DNA of 64,000 bases, from contig OZ059896.1 of assembly GCA_964057225.1 (NCBI GenBank), positions 11,098,001 to 11,162,000 of the forward strand. The letters are read 5' to 3'. The number at the start of each line of letters is the position of its first letter. The first letter of the stretch is position 1. The notes under the pieces were generated by a model, which saw only the letters and a program-made list of their open reading frames with translations, searched no databases and was not told where the DNA came from. Positions 53,590-64,000 of the stretch are shown piece after piece. Position numbers and translations under genes: made by a program. The stretch is from Auanema rhodensis. Its lineage: Eukaryota > Animalia > Nematoda.

Positions 53590-55886
53590 CTATTTAAAAA
53601 ATTTATCTCGACAACTGCCCGAGCAAAATACTTTGAGTTCTTTCAGTAAGAATTTCATGTCTATCAGGCTTTTCCTACAATTTTCACAACTGAAACAATA
53701 TAGATTATTGAAAATATTGATTTTTTTTTCTTAAATATAAAAATAAAATGAAAAGAAATATTGAAATACTTACTGGAAACAATCTTCATTTGCATGCCAA
53801 TGATAATCTTTATAGTGAAGTCTTTTCTCATCCGGAGCTATTTTTGAATGGCATGTTTCACAAGTCTAAAATATAATGAAAATATTAAATTTATATATAT
53901 TTATAATTAATATTAACCTTAGCATATTTGTCCATATAGCATGGTAAGCAATATGGTTGCTCTTCTACTGCCATATATCGATGTCCACCTAACTTCAAAT
54001 CACATTTATAACAAGCAAAATGATCGAAATGCCATGATTTCTCTTCAGCAAATGTATATTCATGGGCGAAAATCAACTAAAAATGATTGAAAGTAATGTC
54101 AGGTAAGAATGATTTCATTGAAATATTCACATACTTCATCACATCCAGCACATCTGGGATAGTGCAAATCAGCATAATGTCTTCCGCAATAATATTTTCC
54201 ATCATTATAAAAATAAATCATATCTACAAGAAGTTGATCACATGTTGCACAACAGAAACATCCTGGATGCCAAACATCCTAAAACATTTTTTTTCTTTTG
54301 TCTTTACAAGCACTTTTTAACAAACATTACGAGGACCATGATCTGTACACACTCCCACATCTCCAGCATTGAACTCTCGTTGACATGCTTTACAATCCTA
54401 TAATTCTTTTTTTCATGTATAAATAACAAAATTACATTTGTTACATGATGATGATTTTTGTTCTTTAAGTTTACATCACTTAATGCTGCTTCAAGTTCCT
54501 GCTCTAGTAATACTGGCCGTATTGGCTCATTATTTCCTGGTATACTAACAACTGTTCCAACACCAATAGCCTATAAGAATAAAATATATTTTGAAACGAT
54601 AATAGTATAACATACACTTTTCTTAATATTCTCAATAAATCGTTGTAGAATAGGTTTATCTGCTTCATTTACAAATCTTGCATCTTCTATATTGCAATCA
54701 TAGAGAGGTAACTTAAATATAAATATATAGATATTCATATAATTAAGTTAGAATTTACTTGGAATTGTAAACGACTTTTACGATTTTGTTCTCCCCCAGT
54801 TCCTAATATAGGTCTTTCAGTAACTGGTAAAGCATTCATATACTTTTCAACAAGAACTTTGTCCGGTACTGGAGCCCATGAATATTCTGTTGGTTGCTAT
54901 AAATACAAATAATTTATTTTATTTATTTTAAATATAATAAATCATTTTGATTTAAAATTTATAAATATTTTGAATTGAATTATAAAAAAAAATTGTTATT
55001 TAAAAAGTAAATATTTTCAACTAAATCAAGTAAGTGATTAACATTATCATTTAAATGTTTCGCTTAACTTTATAAATATAATTAATACTAACTATTCTAA
55101 CTATACATATAGTTTAAAAATTAATTTTTGTAAAATTATTTTTGAAATATACCTTATTTTGTTCTTTATTTGAATCAATTTTGAAGTTATATACTGCTGT
55201 CAAATTACCACGTATTGGAGTTGAAATAGTTGCATTTTGAGCTAAAAGTAATTAAATTGAATTTAGAAAAAAAAAACCAAAAAACGGAAGTAAGAAAACC
55301 AAATTAATTATAAAAGTCTTATTTTTTACTTAAATAGTACTTAGTAAAGCTAATTCAAACCTTTCTTTTCATCTTCTCGTTCAACAGATTTTAGATTAAT
55401 GCTTGGCTTTATAGAATTTTCAAAATGTTCTCGTGCTCCAAATAAACGACCTCAAATAAAATAAAATAAATAATTCCTTTAATCAATTATTTAATTAATT
55501 ATATTTACCAATTATTATTTGACCATGATCATATTGATTCGGTAATTGCACATCATGTTCATCCATACGACATCCACAAGATTTACACATTTTTCTTTAA
55601 AAAAAAGAATTTGTTTTATAATATTTGAATAATAATAATGTAAATATTTTATTTTTCAAAAACTATAAACAAACCTCCAGAAATGTAAATCTAAGCCTGG
55701 ACAATCACAGTTCCTACAACTTGACCCTGCACCAATTTCATGTGCCAAAACATGCTGTAATGGAGCATTTATTGAAGAAGAAAACAATAATAATCTTACC
55801 TCTTTACGTTCACCTAATCGAAAAATATCGGGATTTGTCTTAAAACATGATTTCACTTCAACTGTTGGACTATTTATTTCGTCCAT
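53590..55886 (-). CDS. tes-1: Testin (Cys-rich region + PET domain + three LIM domains)
   Basis: Spliced minus-strand exons encode [31 protein letters not shown] (testin Cys-rich region) and [46 protein letters not shown] (PET). Three LIM domains follow: [42 protein letters not shown] and [23 protein letters not shown]. The frame ends RDKFFK-TAG at 53590. Confidence 0.95.
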
Positions 55887-58688
55887 TTAAAAACTAAAAT
55901 AAGATAAATATCATACAATACATTCATCTATGTATGAATTCATTTGTAATAAGATACGAATAATCATATTGTTTCAAATTATAAACAAATAGTTAAAAAC
56001 ATAAATATTTGAATAAATAAAATTTTTTTTAAAAAATTAAAGAAATAGAGATATGTAGCAAGATACATGATATTTCTGAATAAATTTCTTATGACAATTC
56101 ACAAACTCAGATTAACTTAATGAGAAATCAATATAACATGAAGCCATTTTCGTTTTTAATCATATTAATCTATTCAAAACTAAATGTAATAACATTTCCA
56201 AAAAAAGTAAAAAATTATTATTTTGAGAGAAAAAAAAAGATTTTTATCAATCAATAGTGAACATCATCATTAATCTAAATAATATTGAAAAAAAATATAT
56301 ATATAGATGCTACAAACATATTCTCATAAAGGATTGTTGGCATTACGGCTGATAGATATGCACAATCTACATACATACATACACGAAAAATGGAAAGAGA
56401 TATAGAAAGAACGGGTGAACGAGGAATATATAGAGAGAGAAACAGAGAGAGCAATGAGCAATGGAGCATAAGGAAAACGGAGAGCATAAGCGGCGGTCCG
56501 GGAAGAGAGATATATCATGATGAATACGAACCCGATGAAATTAACCAGGAGAACTTTGAGAGCCGTCGTCATGTGAACTCAGTCATCAGTTACTGAATGA
56601 ATACGACCATCCATTTGTAGCACTCCCTCCTTTCTTCCTATTCACTATCTCTATTCTGAATGATTGTTTGACAAGCTTATTCAATTACAATGCTCGCCAT
56701 CTTTTACTATACCTTCAACTTACAAGGCAAATTCTTAACTAATAGTAGTAATAATAGTAATATATGTATATATTTGGTAATAAAATGAAATAAAAATATT
56801 GAAATATGAGAAAGATTCAACTTTTCTTGAGTTATAACTTCCAATAGAATATATCATATATAATATTTTTTTTTTGGAATATCTTAATGACTGTGATTGT
56901 ATTTTTTTATTCAATTTTCAAGCAATTATTTAAACGAAAATCGAAGGCCATATGCAGATAAGGTCATAGCGGAATATTTCATATAAAACGGAAGTTCTAA
57001 AAACTTAAAGTGTAGTTATGCTTAGGACGAAAGAAGTTAAATTAACGATTTTCTACCAACTTCAACTGACTTTCTTCTTCTTTCTCTTCCCTTCTATCTC
57101 TCTGTTTCCCTTTCACCCTATTACTCTCTACATTTCAGTGACAATTTTGTTTCTCAATCTCTTTTCAGCGAAGGATTCTTTTCCAGTAAGAAGACCAAAA
57201 GAGGCTGGTGCTATACTCACCAGGCAGTGGACAACGAGCTATTGATGGCCGTAAGACATTGGAGAAATGATGACGGAACAACCAATTTTGAGCAGAAGCC
57301 ACTACTATTATTCTAGCTACAGAGCACATTTTGACTAGTTTTAGCTATACCAAATAGCGAAATAGAAATAAAGTCATTAAGAGAAATAGTTTTAAAATAC
57401 TGTTTTCTTTCATATTTTCATTTGAATATAAAGACTTGTGTTAATTATTCTTAGAAATAATACTAAAACTACTCATTCAATGAAATAGGATAGTATTCAA
57501 ATACAAAAAAAAGCTTTTTCTCGTGACATATGAATCTTAAAAACACATTGAGGAAGAAAGTATTAGTTTTGAATATATTTTACTCAAAATACTACATAAC
57601 AGGGAATTAAGGAAAACGTAAGATTTTAATTTCGGCTTTCATTACTCATCTCGGATGAATCATCTTTCAAATAGGTGAGCATTACAATAATATTGAGGTT
57701 ACAAGAGAAACAGAGAGAAAGTGAGCGGAGGTGCACGACATGTTCGAAAAAACTGAGAGTTGTATACAAAGGACACCAGATCGCTTTCCTTTTCCCTGAA
57801 AAGGAAGTATAGCAAGCAGTAGAATGAGAGAAGGAAGAGGTTGGAAAAGAACATGCTTTTGCAGACGGGAATACGCTTGTAAATAGTATTGGAACTGAAG
57901 AGAATGAGTGTGAACATGAGAGAGTTTCAATTCAAATGGGAGATGAGAAGGCATTAGAGAGAGAAAAGATGCCTGAAGACAAAAGATTGCTTCTCTCCCA
58001 ATGCTCAGCCTCAAATTGGTTGAAAATTTATAAATTAAAAAAGAAAAAAAAACACTCATGTCATCAAAATTATGACGAAAATACATAAAATGTGATGATG
58101 ACTGTATGGAAAATTAAAAAATTCCATAACTAAGAAGAAATCAATTTTTTTTTGTTGTGATTAATAATGAAATCAAATTAAATATAAGATAAGAAGTTCG
58201 AAATAAAAAAATCGAGCTCATATTGCTTTTGAAATCAAAATATTGCGTATTCACATAGATAACTATATAAACTTATCATCTTTCATTTATAATATTATCA
58301 TAATATTATGAACTTAATAATTTAAAATTAATAATAAAAACAATTTTTATAAAATATAAAATAATTTCTAAATTTGGCTTTAAAAAGCAAAATGGGGCTT
58401 AAATTTGAATGGAAAGAGATATTGTTTGTACAAGAACATTTACGATTTTTTGTTTAACAATGTGATCACAAATCTGGACTGTATTTGAGAAATGTAAGAG
58501 AATAAGGAAAATAGAAAATAAATTTAGAATTATGTTAAGAACAATAGAATATATTCAATATAATTAAATAATACTATAGTGTATGTATGTGAGAAGATGT
58601 TTCATGAAGAAAAATTGGAAGAAACCGTCAAAATTTCATATAAACATCAATGTGTGAATCATATTATATATAGATATGTATATATTAT

Positions 58689-58719
<31 letters not shown>

Positions 58720-58895
58720 ATGTTTATAAATTTATATTTAAAGATAATAAAGATATGAAATATATTTTTATCAGTTATCATGATATTATGATAATAGAAT
58801 TTAACTTGTTTATAATTCTAACTTCTTTATTATAAATTAATAAAAATTAGAAAATTTAAAATTTAATTCAAAACAAATACATATATATTAAGAAA

Positions 58896-58897
<2 letters not shown>

Positions 58898-58933
<36 letters not shown>
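58898..58933. repeat. (AT)n microsatellite (one of many AT runs, e.g. about 2016-2044, 6405-6435, 11159-11194, 21576-21607)
   Basis: Directly visible. Confidence 0.93.
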
Positions 58934-58939
<6 letters not shown>

Positions 58940-59551
58940 GAATACGTATACTTTCTTGAATAGTCGTGTAAGATCTATGTAAGATCGTGTGTGTCCTTCA
59001 TGATTTAATCTGATTACAGGTCTGTAAATAACCCAGTATAACCAAAGTCTGTTATTATACTTATTATGACCTGAAAATATAAATAAATATATTAATATTT
59101 AAATCTTTATTATACACATAAAGTTTTTCATCTCTATATTGTAATGAATATAATAACCGGAAATGGTCATTTAAAACAAACCAGGAACTTGATGACATAA
59201 TTTTGGGTTCACTTTTCTATTTTCTCATCAATTTGTTGATGTTGATCATTAAGATTAAAGATTAACTAAAGTGTTTTAAAGAAATTTAATGAACTATCAA
59301 ATAGTTTTAGCTACTTGTTGAGCTACCATATGATTAGGATCAAAATAAAACAAAAAACTGCTTTTGGTGTTAAACCATACATGAAAGCTATTCATCACGA
59401 GGACTACAACAACGCGCAATTGGCCGAATTCATGAAGAAAAGTTTTTAAGAAAGAACACGAAATCAATAGGCAATGGCTGTTTAGATTTTTTTCATTCCA
59501 TTAAGTCAAACTATCCAAACGTTATCGATAGTGTTTCTTGTGTCTTTAACG

Positions 59552-59942
59552 ATGAAGATTATCTTACAAGTTCTAATTTTATTAACATTATTTACGATTA
59601 ATGTTGAAAGTAAGTTTCTTTAAATATTCTATTATTAATTTAATAATTGTTTATTTATTATATTTTTAAGCATATGGTCGTTCATTAGCTTTAATGCCAG
59701 TACGCTTTTTACTCCGAGGAGGTCGTTGGGGCCATAGAAGAGGCTATAGAAGATATGGATATAGACGTCCCTATTATGGACGAGGATACTATGGAGGATA
59801 TCCAGGTTATGGAGGATATCAACAGTATGGTGGATCTCCATACTATGGTGGATCTCCATACTATGGAGGACCTCAATACTATGGAGCAGCAGTACAGAAT
59901 CCAATGGTCGGTGTTGCGAATGCAACCCCTGTGATGGGTTAA
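59552..59942 (+). CDS. Secreted Gly/Tyr/Arg-rich peptide (109 aa), nlp-29/caenacin/GRSP-like antimicrobial or cuticle peptide
   Basis: Exon 1 (59552-59609) encodes the signal peptide MKIILQVLILLTLFTINVE. A phase-1 intron GTAAGT..TTTTAAG spans 59610-59670. Exon 2 (59671-59942) encodes RGGRWGHRRGYRRYGYRRPYYGRGYYGGYPGYGGYQQYGGSPYYGGSPYYGGPQYYG and continues to TAA. Confidence 0.85.
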
Positions 59943-60119
59943 CAACAGCAGGTATGAGCAATGTATATATGTATATAGTATGCTCTTTCAAGTGTTTATT
60001 GTAAAACTTAAAATAACAATTAAATATTATGAATATTTATATTTTTTAAATATATAGATAGATAGATTTACTGAAATCGTAATCGAATTAAAGATTGTGT
60101 CAATTTTGAATTATTCATC

Positions 60120-60406
60120 TTATTTTCCATAATAGTGTCCGTGATGATAATCGTGATAATCATGGTGATGGTGATAGATTGGTGGTGGATGATGCCAATA
60201 TGGTGGTGGTGGATGCCAATGATGCACGGGATGCCAAGGTGGATAAGCTGTAATTTAAAGTTTATTATGTGACAAATATGAATAAAACAAATTTTTTTTA
60301 AAGTTTTAAATTTTATTCTGATATTATAAGATGAATTATAATATTTACCTTGAGCAGAGTAGAGTACTGCAGCTAAAATAGCCAAAATAGCAAGAAGGAA
60401 ATGCAT
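60120..60406 (-). CDS. Secreted His/Pro/Trp/Tyr-rich peptide (61 aa) ending in a GK amidation signal
   Basis: Exon 1 (60406-60349) encodes MHFLLAILAILAAVLYSAQ. A phase-1 intron GTAAAT..TTACAG spans 60348-60248. Exon 2 (60247-60120) encodes AYPPWHPVHHWHPPPPYWHHPPPIYHHHHDYHDYHHGHYYGK then TAA. A TATA box lies upstream. Confidence 0.88.
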
Positions 60407-60446
60407 TATCTGAACTGACTGTTGAATTCAAATCATTTTTCCTTTT

Positions 60447-60477
60447 CTTTTTATACCATTTTCATAGAATGACGTCA
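60447..60477 (-). promoter_or_regulatory. TATA box (GTATAAAAAG) and perfect CRE/ATF palindrome (TGACGTCA) upstream of the His/Pro-rich peptide gene
   Basis: Minus-strand GTATAAAAAG at 60456-60447 is about 40 nt before the ATG and matches the nematode GTATA(T/A)(T/A)AG-type TATA box. TGACGTCA is at 60470-60477. Confidence 0.6.
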
Positions 60478-62094
60478 ACTTGTGTGATGTGTATAATTTG
60501 AAGAGATGAAAAAGAAACGGATTTGATTAAAATTGGCGAATCAAGAAATGGGACAGTCCAACTAAAGATGATCTCTTTCTTTTCATTATCAAATTATGGT
60601 TTTACCGTAAGTCAATGGATCATTACATGACATTTTTATGTATAATGGTCTTCACTATTTGCCAAACGATCAAGCTGGTTTTCAAAGTATTTTTGCAGCT
60701 CATAATCTGCCAAATAATATAATTCAATCTACTATGTATGAAAAACTATATTTGATAAACATATGTGTAAACAATGTGTCATTTTCTTGATATTTTACAA
60801 GATTATTTATTATTTTCTATTTGAAAATTTTATAAAAATAAGTTTTTATGAATCTTTGATCTTCAAGTTGCTTGAATTAATCATTCTTTTTACAATATTA
60901 CTTTCTTTGTTAAGGACAATTATTACACACACAATTGAATACACTTCCAAATACTAAGAGAGTTCACACAGACGAAAGAAATTTGTTTGGAAAGATCAAA
61001 AATTGTATGTTTCATCATCTATTAATATATAGGAAATGATACACTGTGATACTCATTCCGGCTATAACGAACAGTAATTCGTCAATCAGAAACTTGTAAT
61101 ATGAAAAATCGGAATATCTAAAGAAACTAGATCGATTGAAAGATTAAAAAAAACAAGGATAAGACTACTTCAGCTTCCAGAACCGGCTCATCTTTTCGAA
61201 ATCAATACATACACTTACATGTATTTCAATTTTTTTTCTTTAGTTATCCACAATTTTCGATTTTTCATTTTTTGAGGGTAATATTGACTAAAATGATTGT
61301 TGTTATAGATATGTTACATGTAGTTGCATTTGAAATTTTATGAAAAAATAATTTTTATTGATGATTAAAGCTAAATTTAGAAAATTATTTAATTCTTTTA
61401 TTTTTATACTGTTTCAAGTATTTCTTTTATAAATCAATTAATTATTATATTTGATTGATAAATTAAATATTTAATGATAAAGCCTTTCTATACACGTTGT
61501 ATATGATGTATGATCTTATGTTATGTAATAATCCTGTTTTTATATAAAATAAATGGACCACAGGATTAGCCGACTTTAAGAAATAAATGTATTCAAAGGT
61601 GAACAGTTAAGGTACAGTAATGTTGTCCCTCATTCTCCTCTCCCTCCGTCTTTTTCTCTCTGACCACCTGTCTCTATCTCTCTCTCTATCTCTCTCTCTT
61701 TCTCTCTCTCTTAGTAAAGTACATATTATGAATTTATCCTACATATTTAATTCTAACTATGTTCAAATATAGTACAAACATAATTTCAATCAATGTTTCC
61801 TAATTAATTGTAAAATCGAGTAACTTCCTGATGTCTAACTAATTACTTAAGTTTGGTATTTGAGAATATTAAGGGGTCAGAGAAAAAAGAAAAAAAAACG
61901 AATTAAAATATAAAATAAATAAATAATTTCTTATTTAAATCTTTTTGTATTTATATATTATTATTATTATTATAAATAAATAAATAAATAAAATATAATA
62001 GCATAATAGTTTAATATTCAACATCAATACATCATAATAACAAAATATTTAAATAAATATTGAAAATTATAAACATAAATTTTAATTATTATAT

Positions 62095-62286
62095 TTAAAA
62101 ATATTCAATTTTGTCACCGTTCGTCGAACTAGGAGTTATAATCAATGGATTAAATCTTAAAATTAATTCATATTCTTTACAGTCACATACATCTATAATT
62201 GATGCGAAAAATAGTATTAACAACATTCCATATTCAGATATTACATAAGATAATTCGGCTGAAATATTAATAATTATTATAATTAT

Positions 62287-62318
<32 letters not shown>

Positions 62319-64000
62319 TAAATAAACTTACAAAATTCATCACAATAAGGATATTCAAGAAATTCTGATGCTGAGTTAATATTTCCGTTGTAACATTGAA
62401 TGGCTAGAATAGCCAAAAATATCCGTAAAACTATAAATTCTCCTGATTTCTAAATATTTTATATCATATATAGTTAATTCGTTAATTATAAATCTTACAG
62501 CATAAAAGCATGAAAATACCATTTTTAATACTAACGTCACATGTAAAAGTTGAATTGTTGGTATTAATACATATGAATCTAAATAAATGAATCTATTATT
62601 TTTTATTTTTATTATAAAGATAATATAATAATAAAAATAATATTTTTACGTATATTATATATATAATATATGTATATTAACTATTAAAATTTTAAAATTT
62701 ATTATTATAATTATTAGTAAAAACATACATTTTTCATCTGGTGAAACAAGAAAATTAACTGTTTCAAATTTAACTAAATTATGAAGAAATTCATTAATAA
62801 TGAATCCTGTAAAAATATAAGAAGCATATTTGTCTCCAAAAATACATTTTCGACTTGAAATTATAAAAACTTCAAATGCTTTTATACTAATAAATGCTAA
62901 AACAAGTAATCGTAATGGAACCTAAAATTTAAAAAAAATTAAAAAAAGTATTCAATTTTAGAATTAAAGACATACTTGAACCATTGCTTTCAATTGACTA
63001 CTACGCCACAAGGATTTGAACCATTCATCATCGGACAATTCTCTTGGCTAATAATCGTTTTCAATACAAAACTATTTCAAATGAAGAAGAAAGAATTACC
63101 CAACAATAGTTATTGAAATTTCCTCCAAATGCATACATGTACTGTCCAATTTTAAAATGTTCAACCCATTCTTCAAGTAATAATTGAACTTTTTCTCCAG
63201 TTGTTTCATCCGGTAACATTACAAAACGAGTGCCATTAGGATAAATCTTAATTATATTTTATATTTTGTTACCAAATAATCAAAAGGAAACCTGATAATT
63301 CTCCACAATATAGAATGTTCGATTCAGAAAATTGTCCTCAATCACATTGACCGATGATGTTATGTTAACAAGAGCACAAACTATACATATAATCGAAAAA
63401 ATTATTTGAATTATGCCAACTGTTCTCATCGAATATATAAATACAAGCTCTTCGTCATGCTGAAATTTATTTTGTTTATTAAAGAATTTAATGTTTTTCA
63501 AGTTTTATTTAAATTTTTATTTGAACTTTAAGATGGAAACACACTTTAAATTTAAGTATTATTTCATATATTCAATGAAGCTCATTGAAAGATCTATTAG
63601 TCACATTGCCCTATTTTTTTTTTTTGAAAAGAAATTCAACAAAATGATCGTATTCTTTGAATCAAAGAGGTTAAAACTATTTTATAATGGATAGTATGAT
63701 GGGTTGCGTTCTCATTTTTATTTCTATTTTATCAAATTTCCATATAAACTGAATAAAATAAAGATCATTCTCAAACATTTTCTTATTTTTACATATAAAC
63801 AAAAATTATTTTATATAATATTTTGAAATAACTTCAGACAGACAATACTATTTTAAATATTTTAATAGAAATTTGTACAACAAATCTTTATATTTGTATT
63901 TTTAATAAAGAAAATCTATCTTGAAGTTAATAAATATGAAAATAAAATGTAAAATAAATAAAATTTTAATACAAAATAAGTAAAACATACCTTTTTAAAA
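62095..64000 (-). CDS. Multi-pass membrane protein, divergent Frag1/DRAM/Sfk1 (PGAP2-like) family; 5' end probably outside the window
   Basis: In-frame GT-AG exons 63459-63292, 63246-63100, 63047-62976, 62921-62729, 62578-62499, 62449-62332 and 62258-62095 (TAA). A further donor AAAG|GTATGT lies at 63991/63990. There are several hydrophobic helices. The C-terminal FLEYPYCDEFSELSYVISEYGMLLILFFASIID resembles the C..Y...EY helix of Frag1/PGAP2 proteins. The gene model is solid; the family call is tentative. Confidence 0.7.

Noticed and set aside
57160-57300. QWTTSY*WP*DI as an RTE relic, or AGGCAGTG as a miR-34 seed
   Set aside because: Too short and degenerate, with no precursor hairpin.
59017-59073. 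CAGGTC..AGTATAA/TTATACT..GACCTG hairpin
   Set aside because: AT-rich with several bulges; expected by chance.
1-64000. tRNA, rRNA, snRNA/SL RNA, CRISPR arrays, dense piRNA Ruby motifs, intact transposons
   Set aside because: None recognised by eye. CTGTTTCA occurs only sporadically. A covariance-model scan would be needed to exclude snoRNAs.

Overview
AT-rich, microsatellite-rich eukaryotic DNA that looks like a rhabditid-type nematode: 45-70 nt introns, TTTCAG/TTTTAG acceptors and nematode-style orthologues. Most entries in the ORF track are microsatellite artefacts or single exons. Splicing by hand gives seven protein-coding genes. These are a ZMIZ1/tonalli-like MIZ/SP-RING protein (+, 11861-17897), TPRA1/GPR175 (+, 40921-43112), a small orphan with an N-myristoylation motif (+, 52532-52965), testin tes-1 (-, 53590-55886), a convergent pair of small secreted peptides (Gly/Tyr/Arg-rich on +, His/Pro/Trp-rich with C-terminal GK on -, 59552-60406), and a Frag1/DRAM/PGAP2-like membrane protein that appears to start beyond the right edge (-, 62095 onward). 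The long non-coding stretches (1-11.8 kb, 18-40.9 kb, 43-52 kb) hold decayed non-LTR retroelement relics and several hairpins. Two hairpins carry bantam-family miRNA sequence: one is miR-58-like with a full stem, the other is miR-81/82-like with almost no terminal loop. The best candidates for something undescribed are the secreted-peptide pair and the bantam-like hairpins. All homology calls come from recalled motifs, not database searches.
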